From positions 2,722-66,721 of the forward strand of contig DATIAY010000005.1 in assembly GCA_035457825.1 (NCBI GenBank): a DNA stretch of 64,000 bases, given 5' to 3'. Within the stretch, counting starts at the first letter, position 1. Every line of letters begins with the position of its first letter. The translations under genes and the position numbers were made by a program. Source of the DNA: Candidatus Methylomirabilota bacterium. Lineage in GTDB: Bacteria; Methylomirabilota; Methylomirabilia; Rokubacteriales; CSP1-6. Positions 50,482-62,764 of this stretch are shown here, piece after piece. Under the pieces are notes generated by a model that worked only from the letters and a program-made list of their open reading frames with translations, did no database searches and was not told the DNA's origin.

Positions 50482-51837
50482 ATGAAGCGGCGGATCTTCG
50501 GCCTCGAGAACGAGTATGGCCTCACCTGTACCCTGAACGGTCAGCGCCGCCTCAGCCCGGACAACGTCGCCCGCTACCTCTTCGAAAAGGTCATCCCCGG
50601 GGCCCGCAACGCCAACGTATTCCTCGAAAATGGGGCCCGCCTGTATCTGGACACCGGCTTCCACCCCGAGTACGCGACGCCCGAGTGCGACGACGTCACC
50701 GAGCTTGTGATCCACGACAAGGCCGGGGAACGGATCGTCGAGGACCTGCTCCATCAGGCGGAAAAGCGCCTGCGGGAGGACGGGATCTCCGGCAACATTC
50801 TGTTATTCAAGAACAATACGGACTCGGCCGGCAATTCCTACGGGTGCCACGAGAACTATCTGGTCAGCCGGGACGTCTCCTTCCAGCGGCTGGCCGAGGC
50901 GCTGATCCCCTTCTTCGTCACCCGGCAGATCTTCGCGGGAGCCGGCAAAGTCTTACAGACCCCCCGGGGCTTCCACTACTGTTTGTCCCAACGGGCCCAG
51001 CACATTTGCCAGGAGATCTCGGGAGCCACGACCTCCTCGCGCTCCATCATCAACACCCGCGACGAGCCGCACGCCGACGCCGAGCGCTACCGCCGCCTGC
51101 ACGTCATCGTGGGCGACTCCAACATGTCCGAGGTGGCCACCTATCTCAAGGTGGGAACAACGGCCCTCGTTCTCGACATGATCGAGGACGGCTTCTTCGA
51201 CCGCGACTACTCACTGCAGTCGCCGGTCCAGGCCATCCGGGACATCTCCCATGACCCGACCCTGAAGGAGACCGTCAAGCTCAAGGACGGCCGCTCCATC
51301 TCGGCGCTGCAGCTACAGCTCGAATACCTGGAATACGCCACGCGCTACGTGGCCTCCATCGACGCCGACGCGGTATCCAAGGACGTGCTGGCCCGGTGGA
51401 CGGACGTGCTGACCAAGCTCGAGGCCGATCCCCTCCAGCTCGACCGCGAGCTGGACTGGGTCATCAAGCGCCAGTGGATCGAGAGTTACATGACCCGGCA
51501 TCGCCTGTCCTGGCGCGACCCCAAGATCTCGCTCATGGATCTGCAGTACCACGACATCCGGCCCGACCGGGGGATCTACTACAAGCTGGCAGGGCGGGAC
51601 ATGGTGGACCGGGTCACCGATGACGAGACGATCGAGCAGGCCAAGCACCTGCCGCCCCAGACCACGCGGGCTCGCCTGCGCGGTGAGTTCATTCGGCAGG
51701 CCAACCTCAAGGGTAAGGACTACCGGGTGGATTGGGTCTACCTGAAGCTCAACGACCCCGAGCGCGAGACCATCCTCTGCAAGGACCCGTTCCAGTCGCA
51801 CGATGAGCGGGTCGCTCGCCTGATCCGTTCTTTCTGA
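50482..51837 (+). CDS. pafA: Pup--protein ligase PafA
   Basis: [14 protein letters not shown]..., a paralogue of Dop lacking the Dop loop, positioned after prcA. Confidence 0.9.
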   Translation: MKRRIFGLENEYGLTCTLNGQRRLSPDNVARYLFEKVIPGARNANVFLENGARLYLDTGFHPEYATPECDDVTELVIHDKAGERIVEDLLHQAEKRLREDGISGNILLFKNNTDSAGNSYGCHENYLVSRDVSFQRLAEALIPFFVTRQIFAGAGKVLQTPRGFHYCLSQRAQHICQEISGATTSSRSIINTRDEPHADAERYRRLHVIVGDSNMSEVATYLKVGTTALVLDMIEDGFFDRDYSLQSPVQAIRDISHDPTLKETVKLKDGRSISALQLQLEYLEYATRYVASIDADAVSKDVLARWTDVLTKLEADPLQLDRELDWVIKRQWIESYMTRHRLSWRDPKISLMDLQYHDIRPDRGIYYKLAGRDMVDRVTDDETIEQAKHLPPQTTRARLRGEFIRQANLKGKDYRVDWVYLKLNDPERETILCKDPFQSHDERVARLIRSF

Positions 51838-51901
51838 CCCGCCTCTCGAGGACCCTCTTCGCCTGAACAATCAGGGGGCTATGTCGAGGCTCCCCGCGCG
51901 G

Positions 51902-54451
51902 CTATCGCGCGATGACGCGTCTCAGCAACTCGCGATCGACCGGCTTCAGCAGGTGGGCGTCACACCCGGCCGAGAGGGCCCGCAGCTGGTCCTCGTGCCG
52001 GCCGTACCCGGTGAGGGCCACCAGGAGCACCTCCGGCCCCAGAGCTTGCCGCAGGCGCTTGGCCACCTCGTACCCGTCGATCCCCGGTAGCCCGATGTCG
52101 AGCAGCACAACCTGGGGACGCCGGGCCACAGCCAGGTCGATGGCGCGATCACCGTCACCGGCCACATCGACGTGGTGGCCTTCGAGCTCGAGCATGAGGC
52201 GCAGCGTCTGCCGCGCGTCGGGATCGTCCTCCACGACGAGGATGTGACGGGGGGCCACGGTCGCCAATGATGCCTCACCCTCGGCCAGAGCGGCAGCGCC
52301 GCCGAGGGGCAGCCGGACCGTGAAGCACGCCCCCCGCTCCACGCCGCCGCTCTCGGCCTCGACGGTTCCCCCGTGCAGCTCGACGAGACGACGCACGAGG
52401 GCCAGGCCGATGCCGAGACCGCTCTCACGGCCTCGGCCGGCGACGGTACCCCGCGGCCCGAAGGGATCGAACACCCGGGGCAACAGCTCCGCTGCGATGC
52501 CGTCTCCGCTGTCCCGGACCCGGATCACCGCCCGGTCACCTTCCTGGCCGGCGACGATCGTGATCTCGCCTCCTTCGGGACTGTACTTCGAGGCGTTGCC
52601 GAGCAGGTTGGTCACGACCTGGATGAGCCGCGTGGCGTCCACCCACAGCACGAGCTCCTCGCCGGGCAGGGTCGCGCGCACGACCTGCCGCCGGGCCTCA
52701 GCCAGGGGGCGGATGATGTCGAGGGCGTCGGCCACGACGCGGGCCAGCTCCACCCGGCTCCGCCGTAGCTCGATCATCCCGCGACCGATGCGGGCCAGAT
52801 CCAGGAGATCGTCCAGGATCCGGGCCTGATGCCGCACCTGCCGCTCGACGATCTGCCGGGCCACCCGCAACGCGGACTCATCGCCCTCGTGGCGCTCGAC
52901 GATGGCCATGGCGCTCAGGATCGGGGCCAGGGGCGCGCGCAGCTCGTGGGCGAGCACGGACAGAAACTCGTCCTTGCGCCGATCTGCGGCCTGCCGCTCG
53001 CCGTAGAGGCGGGCGTTGTCGAGGGCATCAGCGGCGCGGGCGGCGAACTCCTGGGCCAGATCGAGGTCGACGGCCCGGTATCGCCGCTCCGGCCGCAGCG
53101 AGACCAGCGAGAGCGCGCCCAGCGTCCGCCCTCGCGCCAGGAGCGGAACAACCATCGCCGACTGCGGTCCCAGCTGCTGGAGGAGGCGGAGATGCTCCGC
53201 ATCGCACGCCGAGACCGCTATCATCGACTCCGTGATCTCGGTCATCAGGTACGGCTGCGCCGTCCGAATCACGTCGACCACGACCCGGGGCGCCGGACCG
53301 GGAGAGTAACGTTGCAGGGCCGAAGCCAAGCCCTCCTTGAGCGGATCGGCCACGGCCACCACGGCGCGGCGGAGGGAGTCTTCCCCCTGCACCATATCCA
53401 GGACGCAGACGTCACCGAGCTCGGGCACGGCGAGCCGGGCGATCTCGGCCAGCGTGTCGTCGTAGTCCAGCGAGGCGGTGAGGCCTTTGCTGACCTGGGC
53501 CAGAAAGGCGGACTGCGACCGCCCGCTTTCGGCCCCCGCGCGGGCCGCGCGCTCGGTCTCGTAGAGCCGCGCGTTCTCCATCGCGATCGCCAGCTGGTTG
53601 GCGACGATCTTGAACAGGTGCTCCTCTTCCAATGTGGCGCCGGCACCTTCGAGCCAGCGGGCGGTGACAAAGCCGAGGGGCCGGCCGCGCACGATCAGGG
53701 GCACCTTGAGCTCCAGATCCGTCCCGGTGCCACTCGACGACGTGGTCCCGGCGCGGCGCGCGCGGCCGCCGGCGGCGGCCAGGCGCAAGCCGGGCGGGCA
53801 GCTCAGCTCGACGATGAGGTCCGTGGCGTGCAGCGCGCGGGCCAGGCGGGGCAGCAGGCGCTCCAGGATCGCCGCGGGCCCGAGCTCGGAAGTGAGATCC
53901 TGCACTGCGTCGTGGATGTCCTCCAGGCGCTGCGCCCGAATCCCCACCTCCTGGCTGAGCCGCCCGACCTCGTCGAGCTGGCGCAAGAGCCGGCACACCA
54001 GACGCTGGTTGAGATCTCTGAGGTAGTAACCTTCGTCGCTGGCCGCCGCCCGCTCGCGCTTGCCCTGCAGGAAGTCGGCGACCTGGCCGGGGAACGCATC
54101 GACGTCGATGGGCTTGGCGATGTAGCCATCGCAGCCGGCCACGAGCGTCCGCTCGCGATCTCCGGGCGCGGCGTAGGCGGTGACCGCGACGATTGGCACC
54201 TCGGAGAGCTTGGGAAAGGCCCGGAGCGCGGTGGCGACGGTGTAACCGTCCACCTCCGGAAGGTTGACGTCGAGCAGGATCAGCGCCGGGCGCTCACGCA
54301 GCGCGAGCTCGATCCCGGTGATGCCGTCCTCGGCCTCGAGCACGACGTAGCCGACCCGCTCCAGCACGCTCCTGACCAGGAGCCGGCTCCCCGGGTCGTC
54401 CTCGACATAGAGGATGCGGGACGTATCGCCCTGACCCCGCGGCTGTGTCAT
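51902..54451 (-). CDS. Hybrid sensor histidine kinase/response regulator (REC-GAF-GAF-HisKA-HATPase-REC)
   Basis: 849 aa. N-terminal REC (ILYVEDD...DVNLPEVDG), two GAF-like regions, H-box LSVLAHELRAPL, N/G boxes (NLLGNASKYSP, DSGDGI, GLGIGL), and C-terminal REC (ILVVEDD..DIGLPGIDG). Confidence 0.9.
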   Translation of the reverse strand: MTQPRGQGDTSRILYVEDDPGSRLLVRSVLERVGYVVLEAEDGITGIELALRERPALILLDVNLPEVDGYTVATALRAFPKLSEVPIVAVTAYAAPGDRERTLVAGCDGYIAKPIDVDAFPGQVADFLQGKRERAAASDEGYYLRDLNQRLVCRLLRQLDEVGRLSQEVGIRAQRLEDIHDAVQDLTSELGPAAILERLLPRLARALHATDLIVELSCPPGLRLAAAGGRARRAGTTSSSGTGTDLELKVPLIVRGRPLGFVTARWLEGAGATLEEEHLFKIVANQLAIAMENARLYETERAARAGAESGRSQSAFLAQVSKGLTASLDYDDTLAEIARLAVPELGDVCVLDMVQGEDSLRRAVVAVADPLKEGLASALQRYSPGPAPRVVVDVIRTAQPYLMTEITESMIAVSACDAEHLRLLQQLGPQSAMVVPLLARGRTLGALSLVSLRPERRYRAVDLDLAQEFAARAADALDNARLYGERQAADRRKDEFLSVLAHELRAPLAPILSAMAIVERHEGDESALRVARQIVERQVRHQARILDDLLDLARIGRGMIELRRSRVELARVVADALDIIRPLAEARRQVVRATLPGEELVLWVDATRLIQVVTNLLGNASKYSPEGGEITIVAGQEGDRAVIRVRDSGDGIAAELLPRVFDPFGPRGTVAGRGRESGLGIGLALVRRLVELHGGTVEAESGGVERGACFTVRLPLGGAAALAEGEASLATVAPRHILVVEDDPDARQTLRLMLELEGHHVDVAGDGDRAIDLAVARRPQVVLLDIGLPGIDGYEVAKRLRQALGPEVLLVALTGYGRHEDQLRALSAGCDAHLLKPVDRELLRRVIAR

Positions 54452-54711
54452 CCCCCTCCCCGCGCCCCTGTCTGCACCGTGGCCTCGGTCTGTCCCGGGA
54501 TGAGGACCAAACTTTACAGGGGGGCTAGGGACCGGTCAAGGGACCCCCAGGGGCGGGCGGGCCCCCGGCCGCCGGGGGCGGTGACGCCTGGGGGCCGCTA
54601 GCCCGAGGGGTCCGCCGGCTCTGCCGCCAAAGTTTGACTCGCTTGCACGGCGGATGGTAAGTCCAAGAAGTACGTGATGTCCCAGCCCTCGCGTGCGAAG
54701 GAGGCGCCCTG

Positions 54712-55140
54712 ATGTCCATGTTCGGCGGCAAGGCCACCAAGCCGCCCGTCAAGCCCGCCGACCTCAGCGCCTTCATCGACGAAGGCTCGGAGATCGAGGG
54801 CAAGTACAGCTTCAGCGGCACCGTGATGCTCAACGGCAAGCTCAGCGGCGAGATCCAGACCCGGGACACCCTCATCATCGGCGAAAAGGGCGTCGTGAAC
54901 GCCATAGTCCGGGCCGGGACGGTGATCATCAGCGGCGAGGTGGTCGGGAACGTTAACGCCTCCGAGCGCGTAGAGCTCCGCGGCACGGCCCGCGTGTTCG
55001 GCGATGTCGAGGCGCCGGTGGTGGTCGTCGAGGAAGGGGTGCTCTTCGAGGGGCACTGCCGGATGAGCAAGGGCAAGCTCGATGTCAAGCTCGACGGCCC
55101 CGTCTCGCTCGACGCCGCCGTCATTCCCCTCACGCGGTAG
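54712..55140 (+). CDS. Bactofilin (polymer-forming cytoskeletal protein)
   Basis: The repetitive beta-helix pattern ..IEGKYSFSGTVMLNGKLSGEIQTRDTLIIGEKGVVNAIVRAGTVIISGEVVGNVNASERVELRGTARVFGDVEAP.. is typical of DUF583/bactofilin. A strong SD GAAGGAGG lies upstream. Confidence 0.85.
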   Translation: MSMFGGKATKPPVKPADLSAFIDEGSEIEGKYSFSGTVMLNGKLSGEIQTRDTLIIGEKGVVNAIVRAGTVIISGEVVGNVNASERVELRGTARVFGDVEAPVVVVEEGVLFEGHCRMSKGKLDVKLDGPVSLDAAVIPLTR

Positions 55141-55160
55141 CTCGGGCTGTCCGCCCGCCA

Positions 55161-56021
55161 TCAGCGGGCCAACGCCACGCAGACGACGCCGCCCAGGATC
55201 ACTGCGGCGCCGGCCAGGCGCGGCAGCAGCCGTCCCTCGCGAAACCACAGCGCCCCGATCAGCGCCGAGAGCACGATCGACGTCTCGCGCGCTGCCACCA
55301 CGTAGGCCGTCTTGGACAGACGGAACGCGAACAGGACCAGCAGGTAGGCGACGAGCGTCATCACCGAGGCGGCCACAATAGTCCGCCAGTTGGCGCGCCA
55401 CTCCCGCCGCAGCGCCTGGGACTCGGACAACACGACGGGCAGGAGCATCAGGCTCATGCCCAGAAACATCAGAACAATGTAGGGCAGCGGGTGAAGACGC
55501 GCCACGCCGGCCTTGTCCACCAGCGAGTAGGCGGCCGTGGTGAGCCCTGTCGCCAGCGCCCACCAGGTGCCGGCGTCCGGGCGCGCCAGGCGGGCGACCT
55601 GCGGCCCCACGCTGGCCAGATGGAGAGTCACGATGCCGACGACGACCAGTCCGACACCAGCCCCCCCCACTGGCGAGGGCCACTCGTCGAACACGAGGAG
55701 GGCCACCCCCGGCACCAGCGCCACGCCGAGGCCGCGGGCCACCGGGTAGACCACCGAGAACTGCCCCGAGTAGTAGGCCCGCCCCAGCGCATAGAAGTAC
55801 AGCGCGTGCAGCCCGATGGTGGCGATGACGTAGGGCCAGGCCGCCGGGGGAACGCCGGCGGTCAGCAGCATGGGCAGCGCGGCCGGAACGCCGACAACAG
55901 TCGCCAACGTGACAGCCGACCAGAGGAAGCACAGGGGATGACGAGCCTGCTTGCCCAGCGCGTTCCACGTCGCGTGCAGGACCGCAGCGACGAGGACGAG
56001 GACAAGGGCAGTGGTCGGCAT
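55161..56021 (-). CDS. DMT superfamily (EamA-like) transporter
   Basis: 286 aa with about 10 TM segments and a duplicated EamA-like architecture. Confidence 0.8.
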   Translation of the reverse strand: MPTTALVLVLVAAVLHATWNALGKQARHPLCFLWSAVTLATVVGVPAALPMLLTAGVPPAAWPYVIATIGLHALYFYALGRAYYSGQFSVVYPVARGLGVALVPGVALLVFDEWPSPVGGAGVGLVVVGIVTLHLASVGPQVARLARPDAGTWWALATGLTTAAYSLVDKAGVARLHPLPYIVLMFLGMSLMLLPVVLSESQALRREWRANWRTIVAASVMTLVAYLLVLFAFRLSKTAYVVAARETSIVLSALIGALWFREGRLLPRLAGAAVILGGVVCVALAR

Positions 56022-56030
56022 GCCGCCCGC

Positions 56031-57563
56031 TCAGTCGAGCGGGCCCAGCGCCTCTTCCACGGCTGCCAGCACGACGCCCTGCTCCACCAGCTCGACGGCG
56101 GCGTCGAGGTCGGTCTTGAGATAGCGGTCCTGGTCGAGGGGCGGAATGCGCCGACGAACGGCGTCACGGGCGGCTGCGCTGCCCTGCCCCGGGCTCAGGG
56201 GCGCGCGCAAGTCGAGGGCCTGAGCGGCCAGGAGCAGCTCGATGGCCAACACCTGGCGCAGGGCCCGGATTGCCGCGCGGGCCTTCAAGGCCGAGCCGGC
56301 CGCCATCGCGTTGTAGTCCTCCTGCAGCCCGGAGGCGGGAATGGAGTCCACGCTCGCCGGCTGGGCCAGCCGCTTGCACTCCGACGTCAGGGCGGCAGCG
56401 ACATACTGCGCGATCATGTAGCCGGAGTGCACGCCGCCGTGGGGCGACAGGAATGGCGGCAGCCCTTCGTTGGTGAGCGGGTTGACCAGACGGTCGATGC
56501 GTCGCTCGCTGATGCCGGCCAGCTGGGCCAGGCCGATGGCCAGCGTGTCGAGAGCCAGGCCCAGCGGCTCGCCGTGAAAGTTCCCGCCGCTCAGCACCAG
56601 GCTGTCGTCGGCGAACACCAGCGGGTTGTCGGTGACGCTGCCCAGCTCACACGTGATGATGGCCCGGGCGAAGGCGATGGCCTCGCGGGCGGCGCCGTGG
56701 ACCTGGGGCATGCAGCGCAGGCTATAGGCGTCTTGCACGCGGGTGCAATCGCGATGGGAGGCGATGATGGCGCTCTCCGCGGTGAGCCGCCGAAGGTTCT
56801 CGGCGCAGGCCAGCTGGCCGGGGTGCGGGCGCAACGCATGGATCCGCACGTCGAAGGCGGCGTTGCTGCCCATGAGCGCCTCCAGGGACATGGCGCCGAC
56901 GACATCGGCAACCTGCTCGAGTCGGGACGCATCGAGCAGGGCGAGCGCCCCGAGGCCGGTCATGAGGTGCGTGCCATTGAGGAGCGCCAATCCCTCCTTG
57001 GCCTCGAGGTGGAGCGGCGACAGCCCCGCCCGGGCCAGCGCGTCCCGAGCCGGCACCCGGCGCTCCTCCACCCACGCCTCGCCTTCCCCGATGAGGCAGG
57101 CGGCGACGTGGGCCAGCGGTGCCAGGTCACCTGAGGAGCCGAGCGAGCCCAGCTCGGGCACCACGGGATGCACGCGCCGGTTCAGGCAAGCCACGAGGGC
57201 GTCGACCAGCTCGGCCCGGACGCCCGAAGCCCCCCGGGCCAGGGAGGCCGCGAGCAGGAGCATCACCGCGCGCACCTCTTCCTCGGCCAGCGGTGAGCCC
57301 ACCGCGCCGGCATGGCTCAGAACCAGATTGCGCTGCAGGCGCGCCCGCTCAGAGGCGGGAATCAGCGTGTCCTTGAGCTTGCCCACCCCGGTAGTGATGC
57401 CGTAGACGGGTGAGCCCTCTCGGGCCAGACGATCGACGAAGGCCCGGCTGGCCGCGATGAATCGCCGGGCGCCAGCGGAAATCTCGACGGGAGCCCCCTG
57501 CCGGGCGGCCCGCTCCACCATCTCCAGAGTCAGCGGGCCGCCGTCCAGGATGACCGCAGTCAC
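56031..57563 (-). CDS. hutH: Histidine ammonia-lyase
   Basis: In-frame part of ORF 56031..58097. The GTG start at 57563 forms a GTGA overlap with the upstream stop. Motifs: ..VYGITTGVGKL.., ..GSLGSSGDLAPLAH.. (MIO region, with Ser-Ser-Gly instead of Ala-Ser-Gly) and ..QDAYSLRC.PQVHG... Confidence 0.9.
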   Translation of the reverse strand: MTAVILDGGPLTLEMVERAARQGAPVEISAGARRFIAASRAFVDRLAREGSPVYGITTGVGKLKDTLIPASERARLQRNLVLSHAGAVGSPLAEEEVRAVMLLLAASLARGASGVRAELVDALVACLNRRVHPVVPELGSLGSSGDLAPLAHVAACLIGEGEAWVEERRVPARDALARAGLSPLHLEAKEGLALLNGTHLMTGLGALALLDASRLEQVADVVGAMSLEALMGSNAAFDVRIHALRPHPGQLACAENLRRLTAESAIIASHRDCTRVQDAYSLRCMPQVHGAAREAIAFARAIITCELGSVTDNPLVFADDSLVLSGGNFHGEPLGLALDTLAIGLAQLAGISERRIDRLVNPLTNEGLPPFLSPHGGVHSGYMIAQYVAAALTSECKRLAQPASVDSIPASGLQEDYNAMAAGSALKARAAIRALRQVLAIELLLAAQALDLRAPLSPGQGSAAARDAVRRRIPPLDQDRYLKTDLDAAVELVEQGVVLAAVEEALGPLD

Positions 57564-58936
57564 CGCCGCCACCCCCGCGTGAGGTGCCGCACCCGACCGA
57601 GCAGCTCGGCCATGTCCACCGTCGTCAGGTGGCCATCGGCCACCACCCGGCGCCCGTGGACCCACACGTCGGTCACGGCTTGCGCCGACATTGCGTACAC
57701 GACGCTGGCCAGAAGATCCGTGCGGGGATGAAGCGAGGGATGGCCGAGGTCCACGGCGACGAGATCGGCCAGACGATTCGTCGCGATCACGCCGGCCGCC
57801 AGTCCCAGGATCTCGGCCCCCGCGCGGGTGCCGAGGCGGAACGCTGTGGGTGCGTCCAGGGCCCGGCCGTCGAGCAGGCGCACCCGCTGGAGCAACGCGG
57901 CCATCCGCATCTCCTCGAAGACGGACAACCGGTTGTTCGTGCAGCCGCCGTCGGTCCCCAGCCCGACCCGCACCCCGGCCCGCAGCATCTCGGGCAGACG
58001 GGTGATGCCGTCTCCCAGGAACATATTGGACGACGGGCAGTAGGCGAGCGCCGCCCCCCGGGCGCCCATCAGGGCGATTTCCTCGGCGTCGAGCCACACG
58101 CAGTGGACACCTATCGTCCGCGGGCCGAGCACTCCGAGCTTGTCGAGATACCGGATCGGCGTGGCGCCATGCTCGGCGACGGTGCGCTCACCCTCGTACT
58201 GTCCCTCGGCGACGTGGATGTGAAAGGGACAGCCCTCCGTCTCGGCGACCTCCCAGCCGGCGCGGATCATGGCCGGCGATGCCCCGTGGGGACTGTGCGG
58301 AGCGGGCTGCACCGCCACGGTCGGGTCGCTCCGGTGGAGCGCGATCAGCTCTCGCGTGCGACGGGCGGCGTCGGAGACACGCTCACGATAGCGCGGGGGT
58401 GCCCCCTCCCAGTCGTAGAGGGCCCGGGCCAGGACGAGACGGATGCCCACGCGGCGGGCCGCCGCGATGACCGCTTCGGCGTTCTCGTTCCCGTCGTCGG
58501 ACAGGTAGAAGAAGTCCACGCACGTCGTGGCGCCGTGCCGCAGCATCTCGGCGAAGGCGAAGGCGGCGCCCAGCGCGATGCCATCGGGGTCCAGTCGCCC
58601 CGAGAACGGGTAGAGCACCTGGTCGCGCCAGGCCATGAAGTCGAGGTCGTCGCCGAGCCCGCGCAGGAGCGACTGGAAGGTATGGCAGTGGGCGTTGACG
58701 GTGCCGGGGAGCAGCGCCCGGTTCCTGAGCGTTACGTCGCCCGGCCGCGGTAGGTTGGCGGGCTCCACGGCCACGATGCGTCCATCGGCGATCGCCACGG
58801 CGCGATCCGGCTCCCAGCCGGCCTCGGTCAGGACCAGATCGGGAATCAGTCTTGTTGTGGCGGGGCCCGCAAGCCCGGCTTGGACCGAGGGTGGGCTGCT
58901 CGAGGTGCGGCGTGGCTGCGTGGGTTTATCGCGCAT
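57560..58936 (-). CDS. hutF: Amidohydrolase, probable formimidoylglutamate deiminase (HutF-like)
   Basis: ..LPGTVNAHCHTFQS..(HxH), ..FHIHVAE.. and ..GTDG.. are motifs of the ATZ/TRZ/guanine-deaminase-like amidohydrolases. The gene is embedded between hutI and hutH. Confidence 0.65.
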   Translation of the reverse strand: MRDKPTQPRRTSSSPPSVQAGLAGPATTRLIPDLVLTEAGWEPDRAVAIADGRIVAVEPANLPRPGDVTLRNRALLPGTVNAHCHTFQSLLRGLGDDLDFMAWRDQVLYPFSGRLDPDGIALGAAFAFAEMLRHGATTCVDFFYLSDDGNENAEAVIAAARRVGIRLVLARALYDWEGAPPRYRERVSDAARRTRELIALHRSDPTVAVQPAPHSPHGASPAMIRAGWEVAETEGCPFHIHVAEGQYEGERTVAEHGATPIRYLDKLGVLGPRTIGVHCVWLDAEEIALMGARGAALAYCPSSNMFLGDGITRLPEMLRAGVRVGLGTDGGCTNNRLSVFEEMRMAALLQRVRLLDGRALDAPTAFRLGTRAGAEILGLAAGVIATNRLADLVAVDLGHPSLHPRTDLLASVVYAMSAQAVTDVWVHGRRVVADGHLTTVDMAELLGRVRHLTRGWRR

Positions 58937-60178
58937 AGACTAATTCACCACGCTTCAGGACGCGGCTGACGTGGTTGACGCCGTAGAAGTACGAGAGCCA
59001 CCGCCAGTTCGGGACATCGCAGAGGACGACGTCGCACTGCTTGCCGGGGCCGAGGGAACCCACCTCGCCTTCCAGGCCCATGGCCCAGGCGCCGTGCCGG
59101 GTCACACCGAGGAGCGCTTCCTCGGGCGTCATCTTCATCTGGCTCACCGCCATGGTCATCACGAGCTGCAGATTGCAGCCCATGGACGAGCCGGGATTGA
59201 AGTCCGAGGCCAGGGCGACGCGAACACCCGTCTCCAGAAAGGCTCGCGCCGGCGCGTAGGGCAGACCGAGAAAGAACGCCGTGCCCGGCAGCAGCGCCGC
59301 AGTGACGCCGGCCTCCTTCATCCGGGCGACATCCTCCACCCGGGCCTTCAGGAGGTGATCCGCCGAGAGCGCGCCGACCTCGGCGGCCAACGCGGCGCCG
59401 CCCAGCGCAACGAACTCATCGGCGTGGATCTTGGCCCGCAGCCCGTGCCGGGCCCCGGCTTGAAGGATTCTCCGCGCCTGCGCGACGGAGAAAACGCCCT
59501 CCTCGCAGAAGACGTCCACGTACCGCGCCAGGTTGCGCTCGGCAACGGCCGGCAGCATCTCGTTCACCACGAGATCGACGTAGGCGTCGGTCTGGCCGCG
59601 ATAGGTGGGCGGGACCTCGTGGGCGCCGCAAAAGTTGGCGTGGACGTCCACCGGCTGCAACTTGCCCAACCGCCGCGCCACCTCCAGCATCTTCAGCTCG
59701 TCGGCCGTGGTGAGGCCGTAGCCGGACTTGATCTCGATCGTCGTGGTGCCGTGGGCGAGCGCGGTCCGCAGCCGCGGCCGGGCCAGGTTCACCAGCTCAT
59801 CCAGGTCGGCGGCCCGGGTGGCCACGACCGTCGACAGGATCCCGCCGCCGGCCGCGGCGATCTCCTGGTACGAGGCGCCACGCGCGCGCAGCGCGTACTC
59901 CTGCTCGCGGGAACCGGCGAAGACCAGGTGGGTATGGGAGTCGACGAAGCCGGGCAGCGCGACCGCGCCCCGGGCGTCGATGCGGTCCAGGCCTGGCCCG
60001 GCAGGGCCGACGGCCAGACGCTGGTCGAGCTCCGCTTCCCGGCCCACCCAGACGACGTGCCCGTCGGCGGCGGCCAGCGCGGCGCTGGCGATGACCCCCA
60101 GCGGGCCCTGGCCCAGCGTCGGATCGCAGGTCACCAGCTCGCCGATGTTGACGACGACCAGGTCGGCGTCGGTCAAGC

Positions 60179-60182
<4 letters not shown>
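58926..60182 (-). CDS. hutI: Imidazolonepropionase
   Basis: In-frame part of ORF 58926..60401. The GTG start at 60182 forms a GTGA overlap with the hutU stop. Motifs: ..[18 protein letters not shown]...R..G.SY.EI...GGGI.., KIHADE and ASDFNPGS. Confidence 0.9.
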
Positions 60183-61858
<1,676 letters not shown>

Positions 61859-61868
61859 GAGGGGACGC

Positions 61869-62642
61869 TCAGACCGCCATGATGTGGTAGCCGCCGTCGA
61901 CGAAGATCACCTCGCCGGTGATTCCGGAGGAGAGCCGGGAGGCCAGGAAGAGCGCGGTGTCCCCGACCTCGCGGGGCTCCACGTTCCGCCGGAGCGGCGC
62001 CTTCTCGGCGTGATGCTGGAGAATGCCGGTGAAGCCCTTGATGCCCCGGGCGGCCAAAGTGTTCACAGGACCGGCAGAGATGGCGTTGACGCGGATTCCC
62101 CGCGGCCCGAGGTCCGCCGCCAGGTAGCGGACGGCGGCTTCCAGCGCGGCCTTGGCCACGCCCATCACGTTGTAGTTGCCCGCCACCTTCTCGGAGCCGT
62201 AGTAGGTCATGGCGATGACCGAGCCCTGACCCGATTTTTCCAGCAGGGGCCGGGCCCCCCGGGTGAGGGCCACGAGCGAATAGGCCGAGATATCGTTGGC
62301 CAGCTTGAACCCCTCGCGCGAGGTCGCAACGAACTCGCCGTCCAGGTCCTCTTTCTGGGCGAAGGCCACGGAGTGGACGAGCGTGTCCAGCGCGCCGAAC
62401 TCCCGGGCCAGCCCGGCGAAGACGGCGTCGATCTCGGTGTCCGAGGTGACGTCGCACGAGTAGAGGAGCGAACCCGGCAGCGTGGCGGCCAGCTCGTGCA
62501 CGTTCTCCTTGAGGCGCTCGCCCTGATACGTGAAGGCCAGCCGCATGCCGGCCCCGGCCAGGGCCTGGGCGATGGCCCACGCGATCGACCGCTTGTTGGC
62601 CACCCCGAAGACGATCCCCGTCTTGCCGTCGAGGAGTTTCAT
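61869..62642 (-). CDS. fabI: Enoyl-[acyl-carrier-protein] reductase (NADH) FabI
   Basis: In-frame part of ORF 61869..62822, with the start at [25 protein letters not shown] (62642) and SD GGAGG 5 nt upstream. ..[13 protein letters not shown].. contains the catalytic Y/K. Confidence 0.9.
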   Translation of the reverse strand: MKLLDGKTGIVFGVANKRSIAWAIAQALAGAGMRLAFTYQGERLKENVHELAATLPGSLLYSCDVTSDTEIDAVFAGLAREFGALDTLVHSVAFAQKEDLDGEFVATSREGFKLANDISAYSLVALTRGARPLLEKSGQGSVIAMTYYGSEKVAGNYNVMGVAKAALEAAVRYLAADLGPRGIRVNAISAGPVNTLAARGIKGFTGILQHHAEKAPLRRNVEPREVGDTALFLASRLSSGITGEVIFVDGGYHIMAV

Positions 62643-62764
62643 GGATGCCTCCGCCGACATGATAGTACGACTGCCGCCGGAACCCCGCCGTCTACCGAAA
62701 CCGGAGGTCGATCGCCGTGGAGTATACTCGCGCTGGTCTCGACCCCATCCTCGAGAGGGTGACC

